Positions 49,620 to 63,413 are shown, counted from the stretch's first letter. The stretch is DNA of 64,000 bases from Eledone cirrhosa (GCA_964016885.1 OZ024764.1:7192001-7256000), one strand, 5' to 3'. Notes: a model not told the origin generated them from the letters alone. Numbers and translations are program-made.

Positions 49620-51360
49620 ATCATCTTCATCACTGTTTTACGTCCATTCTTCCACGCTAGCATGGGTTAGACGGGTTGTCCTGTTGTGGGCAGTGTCTGT
49701 TCAGCTGACCTTGTCTTGCTCATACAGGAACTGATTCTGGCTTGATTCCTACAGCTGGATGCCCTTCCTAACACCAACCTCATTTACAGTGAGTCCTGGG
49801 TGCTTTTTGTCTGTGGCGCCTATACGTCCACTTTACAGTCGGAGAGGGTGGGAGCATACGCTTCAGCTTCCGCTTGTAGCCCTGGGGAGTCGGGTCTTCT
49901 GTATTACTGCTTGATGCCAGAGGTGACGGTCCTGTGTCATCGCCTTTGAGAGGTGCAACTGGGTAAGGTCGGCTTTTATCACCTCATCCCAGCTCTTCTT
50001 GGGTCTCCCCACTCTACGGCTTCCATCGACTTCTACTGCTCTAGACCTTTTTATACAGCTGTCATCCTTCATACGCATCACATGTCCAATGCAACCTCCT
50101 CTCCTGCACACAGCATTTCATTCCTCTTATGCTCAGTCACTCTCTCAATTCATTTATGCTTTGCCGTTCGCGTATATTACTATTACACATCCATCGGAGC
50201 ATGCAGGCTTCGTTTCTTTCTAATCTATGCAAGTCTTCCACAGACGGCGCCCAGGTTTCACTACTATGTAACATTGCTATTCGTATACCCACATCATACA
50301 GTCTGCTTTTCATTTTGAGTAGAAAACCTTTTGCAGCCAGCCTACTCCTTTCCTACATACTGAGCAAGTATAGTTCCACCATAGATTCGGCTATAAGTGT
50401 GAGATGATCCACATATAGGAGTTCCCATGAGCATCCGGTCATAATCACCTCCATTATTGCTTGCAATACTTTAACGAACAGGAGTGGGCTAAGAACAGAG
50501 CCCTGGTGGACACCGACCTCTAAACTAAATTCCCCGCTATAGTCAGCTGGCAACCCCAATTGGGGTGCGTAAGCTGATATTATTGTGGCAATTGTTTTAT
50601 TCAGGACTAGTCCAAGTTTCATTATTCTTGCATTCACCCTGTTCACTGAGATTACCTTATCTACCCATTTGTCAGCTAATAGGATAGCTACACCTCCCAT
50701 CCGGTTGTCATTTGCTACCCAGACAAATTGGTAGCACTGACTTCTGCCTGCAAGGACTCCAGCGGACTCTGCTCTCCATCTAGTCTCTTGCACACAGCAT
50801 ACATCAATTTTCTTTCGCTCTAGCATCTCTACAATTTCTCCTGCTCTTCCTTTCATTGTGCTTACATTGATGGTTCCAACTCGGAGTTTTGGGCATTTGC
50901 CACCACTCGTGGGAAAGGGTGAATTTTTGCAGTGGGGTGTGTATGCTTCCTGTCTCTGAATTAAAGCTTTGCATGGGTGCTTGGTAACTCGCGGATTCAT
51001 ATTCATTTATTAATTTGGGGTAGCCCCATTTATCCTCAGCCCATAGCTAGGACAATAGTAGTAATAATGTCAGGGTTTGTTGGGGCTGGTAAGGGCTAGA
51101 AGAAAAGTAGAAGTAGTAGTAATGGCAGAGTTTGTTGGGGTTGGTAATGGGTGGGGACATGTTTCTGAGGTTTGATTGGTCGAATAGACTATGGTGGTGT
51201 GAGGGGGTGGGCAGGAGAGAAATTGTGAGATAGGTAGCCATCATGGTTTATAACATCCCAGGAGATTTGGGGGAAATAATCAGGTACAAGAACGCATATT
51301 AGACAAGGCGAATATGGGAGGACTTTGAAGATGTTCAACTAACTTCATAAAGCTTGAACA
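49620..51360 (-). mobile_element. Duplicate of the internally deleted RTE at 43322-45060
   Basis: 217-aa ORF 50353-51006 nearly identical to 44055-44708. Confidence 0.88.
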
Positions 51361-51562
51361 GAGAGAGACATAATAGCCAACATAGAGAGAGAGAGAGAGA
51401 CATAATAGCCAACATAGAGAGAGAGTCATTATAGCCAACATAGAGAGAGAGAGAGTCATAATAGCCAACATAGAGAGGGAGGGAGAGAGAGAGAGTCATA
51501 ATAGCCAACATAGAGAGGGAAAGAGAGAGTCATAATAGCCAACGTGGTTTATAAGAGGAGTC

Positions 51563-51604
<42 letters not shown>

Positions 51605-53387
51605 AAATGAAAATCCGAAGGAAGGTAAGATTTCCAATCATTTTAATCACGACGTGATTAAAATGATTGGAAATTTTACCTTGCCTTTGGATTTTCATTT
51701 TGATACAAATACTCCGTTTTACATCATCTAGCTGTTCCCTTGAATGGAATTGGAGATATACAAAAGCGTGGAGGACTTAATATTGCTAACAAAAATTTAT
51801 TGGACCGTTTTACACAACCAATAATACATCTTACTATATATATATATATATATATATAAGAGAGAGAGAGACGGGAAGGAACAGATAGAATAATGGTTAG
51901 ATAGTATGTAAAACTAAAACTTACTCCTCATTCTTTTCTAGAGCGGTACTCTCCTTTGTATCAGTCCTGTGATTACAAAAAATATAGTTAAATATATAAA
52001 TAGATACACACACACATACATATATATATATTACATTATTTATTTAGTTACGTCCCTTTCCGATCTGAGTTCAAATCCCTCCGAGGTTGACTTTGCCTTT
52101 CATCCTTACGGAGTCGATAAAATAAAGTACCAGTAATGTACTAGGTAATTGCTGGCCTTGTGCCTAAAGTAGAAACAATTATTTATTTATGTTCAGGCGG
52201 TGGATTGGCAGTATCGGTAGAGGGTCGGACGCCATGCTTTGAAGCATAGTTACCTCCCTGTATGATCTGAGTTCAAATCCCGCCGAGGTTAACTTTGCCT
52301 TTCATCCTTACGGGGTCGATAAAATAAAGTACCAGTAATGCACTGGATAATTGCTGGCCTTGTGCCAAAAGTAGAAACAATTATTTATGTTCATACACAG
52401 AACAAAAGGGACTCAAGGTTTTAAGGCCCAATATTGATTTTTGGCAGGACACCTACAAGACCACTGTACAGTGTGGACTGGACACGTTTGTCATGGCTGC
52501 AGCGGGACCACTTTATGGTGAGGTTTGGGAACTTGTGTGGGGTGTTGGTAGGGAAAATGTCTGGTGGATTGTGGATGTAGTACTCTATAATTGTGCATAG
52601 CGCCAGAGGTCACCATCCTGTGTCATTGCCTTAGCTAGGTGTAATTGTACAAAGTCAGCTTTCCTTACCTCATCCCAAGTCTTCCTAGACCTGCCCACTC
52701 CACGGTTTCTGTCAACTTTGTTTGTTTGGCACCTTTTTATACAGCTGTCACCCTTCATACACATCACATGTCTATGCCAAAACAATCGCACTCCTGCACA
52801 CTGAATCTAATCCCTTTTATGCCTAAATCCTCTCACAGTATATATGGGACATAGGATATATATATGGGACATAGGATGGGAATTTCTACCTACTCCTTTT
52901 CTGCACACTGAGCAGGACAGTTTACCTGAAGAGATCTGGGCCGAGTTTTCCTTTCTACTTACTAGAACTTTAGTCTTTACCAAATTGACTTTAAGACCTT
53001 TTGATTTTGATCTCTACTCTTTTCTTCCAGGTTGTCTTCTAAGGTATTTTGGGAGGTGCATTCTTCACTAGGGAGGGACATTGTGTTTATAACAGTCACT
53101 CTGTCTTCTGGTAACAATGAAATCTATCTAGCTGGTGGGCTCACATGATCTATAGGTTATTAAGTGGTTGTCTCATTTTTTTGAAGTTTGTGTTCCAGAT
53201 ATATAGGACATTTTCGTGAAGGAATTCCAGAAGTCTGAAACCTTCCTCTTTTCTCTTAAAATTCTAAAGTAAATTCTCCAGTCAGACCTTCTGTTATTGT
53301 TTTAACTTATCTCTCTCAATCCCTCTATTTCTCTCTTTCACTCCCTCTCTTTCTCTCACTCTCTCTCTCTCACACTCTTTCTCTCCT

Positions 53388-54905
53388 CATCTTGGGTCTC
53401 CCCACACCGCGGTTTCCATCGACTTCTAGTGCTCTGCAACTTTTTATGCAGCTGTCATCCTTCATACGCATCACATGTCCATACCAGCGCAACCGCCTCT
53501 CCTGCACACAGCATTTGATTCCTCTTATGCTCAGTCTCTCAATTCATTTATGCTTTGTCGTTCGCGTATATTACTGTTACACATCCATCGGAGCATGCAG
53601 GCTTCGTTTCTCTCTAATCTACGTAAGTCTTCCACCTTCAGCGCCCAGGTCTCACTACCATGCAACATCGCTGTTCGGATACACGCATCATACAGTCTGC
53701 CTTTCATTTTGAGGGAGAAGCCTTTTGCAGCTAGCAGTGATAGTAGTTCCCTAAACTTCTTCCATCCCATTCTTACCCTAGTTATTGTACTTTCTGAACA
53801 CCCACCTCCGCTGCTAATTCGGTCACCTAGGTAGCAGAAGCTGTCTACTGTTTCTACAGAGCCCTCCCAGAGATTGGTGGTACTTGTTTCCTGTGGCTGT
53901 TTGCTGCTTGCTGTCCCAGCACAGCTGCTGCATGTGAAGCCTACATTCTTAATTAAGCTTCCTGAGATCCCGCTACATCTCTTGTGTACTCATTGTTTGC
54001 ATTTGGGGCAGAGAATGGAGTTCCTACCTACACCTTTCCTACATACTGAGCAAGGCCATTTCCCTGAGGGGATCTGGGTTCTGTTTTCTCGTCTACTTAC
54101 AAGGACCTTAGTCTTTGTCATGTTGACTTTGAGACCCTTTCTTTCTAGTCCCTGCTTCCAAGTTTGGAATTTATTCTCTAGTTCTACCATAGATTCAGCT
54201 ATAAGTGCGAGGTCATCAGCATACAGGAGTTCCCATGGGCATCCGGTCTTAAAGTCCTCCGTTATTGCCTGCAGGACAATGATGAACAGGAGGGGCCTAA
54301 GAACAGAGCCCTGGTGGACCCCAACCTGTACGCTAAATTCCTCGCTATACTCATTGCTAATCCTAACTTTGCTGACTGCTCCCCTATACATGGCTTGTAC
54401 CACTTTCACAAGCTATTCATCTACTCCTAGTTTTCTAAGAGCCTACCAGATTACAGCACGTGGAACTCTGTCAAAGGCTTTCTCAAGGTCAACAAATGCC
54501 AGGTAGAGTGGCTTACTTTTAGCTAGGTACTTTTCCTGTAACTGCCTGACAAGGAAGAGGGCATCAGTGGTGCCTCTTCCTGGTACAAACCCAAATTGCA
54601 TCTCGTCTAGTTTCACCCGGTCCCTAATCAACTGTGCTATAACTCTTTCTGTTACTTTCATGACCTGGTCCATCAGCTTTATACCTCTATAGTTTCCTCT
54701 ATCTAGTGCATCACCTTTACTTTTGTAACAGTTGACAATGATGCTACTGCACCAATCTTTTGGTATGACACCTTCTAGTATTAACGGGTTAACAATACGT
54801 GTGGTTATAGTGTGACCTACAGACCCAGATGCCTTCAGCATCTCGGCAGCTATACCCGATGGACCGGTTGCCTTCCCCATCTTCATATCTTTGATTGCCT
54901 TACTA
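53388..54905 (-). mobile_element. RTE LINE (subfamily B) internal fragment
   Basis: NYRGIKL, QFGF, DLEKAFD, YADD, PHD finger; in-frame stops. Confidence 0.92.
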
Positions 54906-55470
54906 CGTTGCTGTTCCACCGTGCAAGAGTACTCTTCAACCAGCTTGCTGTAGACTTGTGCGCAAAGATGGAATCTGAAAGGCTGTGCTACATAAGGAAC
55001 AATCAATATAAAGATTTACATATACACAAACTAGACAAAGTCATAGATATATATGTTTTTGGCAACCATTCACGATGTGGCTCAATGATGAATTAATAAA
55101 TTAAATAATCAGAGCAATATACTATAAATTTATCCTTGATAAATTTATAGAATTTATATCGAATTTATCCTTGATAGTATATTTCCAAATGCGAACGAAA
55201 CCCTAAAGGGTAGAAACGTAATCCTGGTATGTGTATATGCATTTTTTCTTCTAACTTTAATTTTATACCTAATTGTGTATGGTTGACGATATATTTAATT
55301 GATTTCCACATGCTATTGAAATGCTGTCGTTTATTTATCTACTATTTTATCATAGGTGCCTTTTAATCTTATAGCCTGGTCTAATTGATTTTTTGTGTGG
55401 TTGATTATGCTAATTGGGAGAGGAAATGGTGTATATATCTTATCAAATGGTTCTATGGACATAATTTGTA

Positions 55471-55505
<35 letters not shown>

Positions 55506-55507
<2 letters not shown>

Positions 55508-55622
55508 TTCTGATGATCTAGTTAAGCTAACAACATATTTAAAATTGAGTGGCACAGCTTCAAGTGTTCAGCAATTTTTAGACAACTTAATCAGTGAAAC
55601 AATTGTTAATACTGTAAATAAA
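55506..55622 (+). ncRNA. Hammerhead motif with a greatly extended stem II, followed by AATAAA
   Basis: tatt-CTGATGA(55510)-tctagttaag...cttaatcagt-GAAAC(55596)-AATT-GTT-aata. Confidence 0.6.
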
Positions 55623-57025
55623 AACCTTTTTTTGTACTGTTGACCATGTTATTCTTCACGCTTTCAATATTATTACTCCAAGATAAACTTACATAGGAAT
55701 TCAAGAGAACTCAAATACTTGCCACCTACGGAAACCTCTTGTTGAGTCAAACAACGCTGTAGACTAAGACTAACCACAATACAGAGTATTCACAACCTCT
55801 ACCTGGATTACCTATAACGATATTTTGTTATCCCTTATATGTGTGTGTGTGTGTCAATGTGCGTGAACGACAAGAGCATAGATGAGTTGATAGAGAAACT
55901 GGGGATAAGTTGTGATGTGCAGGAGAGAAGACTGAGATGGTATGGACAAGTGATGTGCATCGAGGATGACCGCTGGGTAAAGAGGTGCTAAAAAATCCCA
56001 GTAGAAGGAAGACGCAGTAGAGGAAGACCACGAAAAACATGGCCGGTGGTGGTGAGAGCCCTACCCTTGCAAGCAGGGAAAAGCGGACATAAAATGATGA
56101 TGATGATATATATATATATATATATATATATAACATATGTAAGAGCTTTATAAAGATATGTTTTAACGGCTTGCAACTCTTTCATTATTCATTTTGCCTA
56201 TAAATATATAGTCACTGCCAATACTGGAATTGAATAATCAAGACCGTAGAGGTATGTCATATACCTTTGAAATATATATAATAAAGTATATATTTTGATT
56301 ATGAGAATATTTTTCATTTGTTAATATTTTGAATAATATTAAAAACTCCAGGAAAACTTTCACTGTTGAGTGCTTCTAATCTATTGTAAAACTGTATTCG
56401 TTGAGTAATCAACGAACCATATTAATCTTTGGTTATATATATGTATAAATATAGTTTCTACTTTTGGCAGAAGGCCAGCGATTACCCCAGTGCACCACTG
56501 GTACTTTATTTTATCGACCTCGTAAAGATGAAAGGCAAAGTTAACCTCGGCGGACTTGAACTCATATATATATATATATATATGCGTATATATATGTGTA
56601 TATATATGTGTCAGTGTGTATATATGATCATCATTTAAAGTCCATCTTCCATACTAGCATGGGTTGGACGGTTTAGTCCCACTGAAGGCGAGATTGGTCA
56701 GCAAGCCGTCTCTCGCTTGTATATATGTATATATATATATGTGTATATATATATATATATGTGTGTGTGTGTATTCATATATATATAGGGGTATATATGT
56801 GTGTGTGTGTTTAAAGGGAGAGGTAGTAGAAGGAGCAGATTAAACAATGGTTAGACAGTATGTTAAGGTAACACTTACATCCCTTTCTTTTGTGTTTCAA
56901 ACCAGGTTTTCCTGTAATGAGAAAAATATAGTTAAATATATAAATAGATACACACATACATATATATATATTACATTATTTATATCTATTCATACACAGA
57001 ACAAAAGGGACTTAAGGTTTCAAGG

Positions 57026-57190
57026 CCTCTGATGATGTCCAGCAGAAGCAAGGGGGACAACCGTCTATGCATTTCACGCTTAACTGGCCAGCAGTCGCAA
57101 GCAGTGGGAGGGACTGTCCTGACGATGGCCAGTTAAGCCTGAAATGCATAGACGGTTGTCCCCCTTGCTTCTGCTGGACATCACCAGAGG
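57026..57190 (+). ncRNA. Duplicate fold-back with hammerhead motif (57114-57155)
   Basis: Paralog of 37589-37753. Confidence 0.65.
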
Positions 57191-58213
57191 ACGTTAGCGT
57201 CCCAGGGTTTGCAGAGCTAAGGCTTCCTAAAACCGTATTTCTTTGGAGATACGAAATATTTATACATATTGTATAAAGATATGCTTGAAGCGAAATCCTA
57301 TTTCTTTTATATATATATATGTATATATATACATATATATGCACATAAAGTGTTTTGGCAGATCATCCACCGACTTCGTAATATGAAGCCCTCCCCCACA
57401 CCTATCAAGTATGAATCCTGGGTTCCCTTATCTTCAGAAAGGTGCATCCTCACAAGGTGGGAGAATATGTTGCTGACTTCCTAAACCCGATCACAACAGC
57501 ATCTTTGGATGTAGATGAGGTGTATCTGGGAGTGGTGACTAATCTCTCGGAGACTGAGGTCACAAGAGCAGTTAAAGTGCTCAAATGTGGTAAAACTGCT
57601 GGGGAAGATGAAATCTGGCTCGAGATGTTAAAAGCCTTAAATAAAGAAGACCACTTTACAGTGTGGACTGCGCACATTTGGCATGGCTACAGCGGGACCA
57701 CTTTATAGTGAGGTTTGAGAACTTGTGTGGGGTGTTAGTGGGGAAAATGTCTGGTGGATTGTGGATGTAGTTATAGGGGTGGGATGATTACATCAATTAA
57801 GATGTTTGGGAAGGTGTTACATACTAGATATATGCCTCAGCTCGTGGATTTATGAGGGCAGGTCCTCTATAATTGTGCATAGCGCCAGAGGTCACCATCC
57901 TGTGTCTTGCCTTAGCTAGGTGTAATTGTGCAAAGTCAGCTTTCCTTACCTCATCCCAAGTCTTCCTAGACCTGCCCACTCCACGGCTTCTGTCAACCTT
58001 TTTATACATTATTTATTTATGTTCATACACAGAACAAAAGGGATTCAAGGTTTTAAGGCCCAATATTGACCATATCTCCAGATTATAAGAGGGATCAAAT
58101 TTGTGACCTAATCTTCAGGCACTTAGATGTCTATGTTATATAGATAGATTTACATATATGTATATATATATTTATAAAAGTAAAACAAAGAAGCCTTCAA
58201 TACATCAAAAGTC

Positions 58214-58259
58214 TTTATTAGCCAACAATGTTTCGTCCTATTAAGGACTCATCAGGGCA
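58214..58259 (-). ncRNA. Minimal hammerhead ribozyme in a Penelope-type terminus
   Basis: gcc-CTGATGA-GTCC.ttaata.GGAC-GAAAC-att-GTT-ggc, then AATAAA and an end motif also seen at about 16926-16952, then (TA)n. Confidence 0.75.
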
Positions 58260-59459
58260 ATTAAAACAGCAAGAAGTATTATCGGCCAATACAAGCCGAA
58301 AACTCCGAAGAATATGGAGTGTACATACACTAAAGTATTGCAAGATTATGGGTAAAAATATATAATAAAAATCACTAAGGAGGTGTATAACATTTAGAAC
58401 CATATTACAAATATAGTCCAAAGCAAAAAAAACCTAGAGCTAAACAAAGGTGGTTATATAGAGCGGGAATTATATATAATACTATATAATATAATATAAT
58501 ATAATATACTTGTAACAATATTAAAATTACAATAAAAATTAAAAGGTACAATATACATATGTATATATGTACGCACACGTACGCACATATACACATACAT
58601 TAATACACATATCCATCTTTAACAGCACAAATTAAACCTTATTAAGAGTTTAAATATAAATAAGCATGATAGGAATAAAAATAATAATAATAATAATAAT
58701 ACGTATATCTAATATACATGAGGTAATAATATGATATGATTATAAGTAGCACATATAATGTATAATAAACTATACAATTATATACTATATAATATTATAT
58801 AATAGATAATCTCCGGTTAATTTACACAAACAATATAGATGTCACGGCGATATCCAATTTTAGACAGCTAAAATTGGATATCGCCGATGTCCATTTAGAC
58901 AGCTAAAATTGGATATCGCCGAACATATATAATATATAATATATAATGGCATGTAAGTTAACAAATCAATTCATATAGAGTTACAGAGTAGGTGAGAAAA
59001 AAAATATAAATTGTACAATACCCAAAATTATGATGGTACAAAAATATAAACATCTTACATGATATATAAAATTTAACATATCATAATGTTAGTAATAAGG
59101 ATCGATAGTACAATAACTACAATATAAAATAATAAACATAACATAATATAATATATAATTACTTATAATTACAAGGTTGGTTATCAGACATATATGTGGA
59201 TGAGTGAGTAAGGGCCAGACAGAAAATACAATGCACATGTGTGTGTGTATATTAGATATTAGTTTAACAATAATAATAATAACGAATAATAATAATTGTT
59301 TCTACTTTATAATTTTAAAGGTATCGTAGACTGATGTTGTACTGAAACGAGTTAAAGAACAGACTAATTAAATCTTTCTCATCTAACCTCTACTTCATGT
59401 CTAGTCATTTGTTTTTCCTAGCACTATACCTTTAAATTTATATATATATATATATATTT

Positions 59460-60125
59460 GTTCGCAAGATTACTGTCTAGGAAAAAATAACACAGTAGTT
59501 TTATTTTTTAAGATTTATTTATCAAACTTGGGTCAGTTTGTCTTCATGACTTGTTCTTTTGATCTCACTCGATAAACCCGCCATTGGCTTCGATGACGGC
59601 CTCAAGGCGGCCTCGGAACCGGCTACAGGCCTTCGTCACTGTCCCCCGACTTAGGACCCTAAAGGCACTTGTGATCCTGGCCTTCAGATCGTCTTTTGTA
59701 TTGCAGCTAGATCTGTTTATGTCTTGTTCCACTGTGCCCCCACACAAAGAAGTCGAGGAGGTTGCAGTCAGGCGAGCTGGGAGGCCAGATGTCAGGTGAA
59801 GTGTGGTCGACGAAGTTCTCTGACAGCCAGGCTTGGGTCTTTCGGCTGGTATGGCAGGGCGCTGGGTCTTGCTGCCACACGTACGGCCTAACTGCAGCTA
59901 CCTGGTCGATCCAGGGTTTTACTACCTCGCTCAGAACGCGGATGTAGCCATCGGTGTTCAGCTTAAGGCCCTTAGGAAAGAAGTGAGGTGGCATGACATC
60001 ACCTTGACTGCTGACGACACCTAAGACCAATGTTGTTGCTGGAAACTTTGTCTGCATGACTCTGGGCACATCTTTGGATGAGACAGCGAGCCACCTGTTG
60101 TTCTGGGAGTTGATCTTCTGGTCTT
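59460..60125 (-). mobile_element. Tc1/mariner DD37D (maT-type) transposase 3' fragment, frameshifted
   Basis: QQDPAPCH...WPPSSPDCNLLD with 37 residues between the 2nd and 3rd Asp; C-terminus RLEAVIEANGGFIE. Confidence 0.88.
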
Positions 60126-60189
60126 ATTTGTCCTCCCGGCAGTAGAGTGGTGGACAGCAAGGGAGGGAGGGTAACCTCTCCGGATGAAA

Positions 60190-61140
60190 TGCAAGGGTGG
60201 GACGGGTCCTATTCAGCATCTCTCCACTTGTCACGGTCCTTCGTCATCTCCTCCGTGCGCTTCAGCAATCTGAGGTCTGTTCTAACCACCTCCACCCGTG
60301 TTTTTCGTGGTCTACCTCTACCACGTCTTCCTTCAACTGGCATTTCCTGGCACTTCTTCACCCATCGGTCATCCTCCATGCGCATCACATGTCCATACCA
60401 CTTCAGTCTCCTCTCTCGCACACTACATTCTATCCCTCTCAGACACAGTTTCTCTCTCAACACATCCATGCTCGGTCATTCATGCACATTTACACTGCAC
60501 ATCCAACGGAGCATGCTTGCCTCATTTCTCTCCAGCTGTCGCATATCCTCTGCAGTTGCTGCCCATGTCTCACTACCATGCAGCATCGCGCTCCTCACAC
60601 AGGTATCATATAACTGGCCTTTCGTAAGCCGGGAGAAACCCTTCTTCGTCAACAGAGGAAGTAGCTCCCTAAACTTCTTCCAACCAGTCCTTATTCTAGA
60701 TACTATGGCCTCGGAACACCCCACTCCCATGCTAATCTGATCTCCTAGGTACCGGAAGCTATCCAATTCTATAGCACCCACCTGCATTTAAAAAATGTGT
60801 CTATCAATGCGACTTCTACTGTCTAATTTCTCTGTACATCTACTGCATACATATTTCTCCCTACTTGTTAGTTTGCCTGCTATCCCACTACATCTCTTGT
60901 GTACTCAAGATCTGCATTGTGTGCATTTTATAGAATTTATTCCAGTTCCTTTTCTGCATATCGAACATGGCCATTTCCCTGACGGAACCAGAGTTTTGTC
61001 CTCTTTTCTACTCATCAACACTTTTGTCTTAGCTAGGTTCACTCTCAGTTCTCTTCATCCCAACTGCTGTTTCCATAGCCAGAATTTATTCTTTAGCCCC
61101 TCCACTGATTCTGCTTTAAGAACCAGATCGTCAGCATAGA
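60190..61140 (-). mobile_element. RTE LINE (subfamily A) 3' part
   Basis: Begins at YADD; PHD finger, GSETW; a single copy of the 80-bp unit amplified at 10083-10725. Confidence 0.9.
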
Positions 61141-62322
61141 CTAGCAGACTAGCACTCAACTAAAACCCCCACCTGTGTGAATAACTAGTAATCGTTTGGT
61201 ATATACGATGGCCAGCCAACGGTGGTGGACTTCCCGCTAACACACCCGACGCTTAAGACAGTTAACATTCCTGGAGTGCTCGGAAAAATAAATTTCCATT
61301 TCTTTCGCTAAACGAAAATCCTCGGAATGGTTGACATGCCGTTGGGCGCCGGGCTGGGCGGGGGTACGCAACGTCGCTGGTTATTGAGCGCTAAGCATGG
61401 GCTTAATCTTTACTCTATATTCTACCCTGACACTTTATCGTGACTATCTATAATACAATTAAACTTTTTCATAAAAGCCTCCTTCTGTAAATTCTTTAAC
61501 TAAATCACACTTTCCTAATTTCATCTTAAATGGCATATTTTAACTCTAAACATAAATTTAACGTTTCTACTTGTTAATCGTAATTTCTGTTTTATATGGA
61601 AAAAAAGTGGCTCGAAATGTTAGGTTTTTAGAGAAGTAATTTAGTTGGTTGGTTGGTGAATAAGTATAATAAATTTTGCACCAATTCGCGTTACAAAGTT
61701 CTTATTATATTTGCCTTCAAAAAAAGCAGGACTCAGGTTGTTTTTTCATATATGAGTGAAGTTTGGTTGGTTGATACAGTCACGTGAATAAGCACATCAG
61801 CTTTCATGCCTGTTTGTGTTTTCCTTATATTTTCACTTGGTCTTTTTTTCATTTTGTAAAAAAACCTCACTTTCTAATCTATATATCTATTTATAAACTA
61901 ATATGTAATATATCAGACTCTCTATCTGAAAGATTGAATCAGTGAAACATGGAACCAATCTGTGGATCTCACTGAACTACTTGCTAATGGATTACATTGA
62001 GTTCTAACTAGGGTATAGACCCTACCACGAAAGGTAAACCACATTGTATATATATATATATATATATAAGTTGTTTACTCCATGATACAAATGTGTTAGT
62101 ATTAATAGGTTAGTTAAAATATCTGTAAAAATAATATTTACCTAAGTAATTAATACAAAATCAAATTAATTGAAGTGGCAGAATTGTCAGTGTTTCAATT
62201 CATATATGTATTATAGATATTAAGCCAGATGTGTGTCTATAACTCTCTTTACGGTTTGTAGTTAAACTTGGGGTGAATAGAATTAAATTTCTCTCTTCAT
62301 GGAAACATATATTTATATATAT

Positions 62323-62669
62323 GGAGGCACATGGCTTAGTGGTTCGAGCATTGGCCTTGCAATCAAAAGGCTGTGAGTTCAATTCTCAAACCGGATGATG
62401 TGTTGTTTCCTTGAGCAAGACACTTTATTTCACATTGCTCCAGTTTACTCAGCTGTAGAAATGAGATGATAGGGACTGGGGTCCCTATCATTCCACTGCA
62501 AAGTGGTCGTGGAGGTGCCACGGCAAAAAAGCACCCAGCACTCACTGTAAATGAGGTTGGTGTTAGGAAGGGCATCCAGCTGTAGAAATCAAGCCAAAAA
62601 ATCAGTTCCCGTCCCACCCTTGCAAGCAGGGAAAAGCGGACGTAAAATGATGATGATGATGATGATGAT
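62323..62669 (+). mobile_element. SINE family 1
   Basis: A/B boxes, RTE-like tail with (ATG)n. Confidence 0.9.
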
Positions 62670-62675
62670 ATATAT

Positions 62676-62945
62676 ATCATTAACTGTTATAAGGGTAAAG
62701 GAGATGCCCTAGATAGGAGTAACTATAGAGGCATTAAATTAATCGGAGAGAGAATTGATCTAGATGAAATGCAGTTCGGGTTTGTGTCAGGCAAAAGTAC
62801 CACAGACGCTCTTTTCATTGTACGACAACTACAGGAGAAGTACCTAGCTAAAAGTAAACCCCTATACTTAGCTTTTATCGACTTGGAGAAAGCCTTCGAC
62901 AGAGTCTCCCGTTCCATTATCTGGTGGGCTCTTAGAAAACTAGGT
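62676..62945 (+). mobile_element. RTE subfamily C internal fragment
   Basis: INCYKGKGDALDRSNYRGIKL..QFGF..DLEKAFD. Confidence 0.85.
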
Positions 62946-63413
62946 TGACTTTGCCTTTCATCCTTATGGGGTCGATAAAATAAAGTACCAGTAATGTACT
63001 GGGGTTGATTTAATCGACTTTCCCCTCCCGCAAAATTGCTGGCCTTGTGCCTATATAAGAAACAATTATTATGGAATTTTTCATTGTTCTTTTATTACAT
63101 CCCCTGTTTTTGGGGGGTTTTTTACATGCAGAAATGCCCATTCGTACGGTCCTGTATTGTCCTGTATTGTCCTTAATGTCTACTTTGTCTAAACCCTTGT
63201 GGTTAATAAATAAAGCATTATTATTATTATTATTATTCTGGCCTTGTGCCAAAAAGTAGAAACAATTATTATTATTCGTTATTATTATTATTGTTAAACT
63301 AATATCTAATATATACACACACATACATATATATGATCAACAAATATATGTTAGTATTTTTAGAGAAATTAAAATATTGATCACAATATATCTTACCTTC
63401 AGGCGAGAAATTC

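Noticed and set aside
58846-58921. Small hairpin plus direct repeat as a terminator or miRNA
   Set aside because: Short local fold-back and duplication in AT-rich repeat sequence, with no independent support
59325-59355. Hammerhead-like CTGATGTT..GAAACGAGTT
   Set aside because: Core mutated; no stem I or stem II
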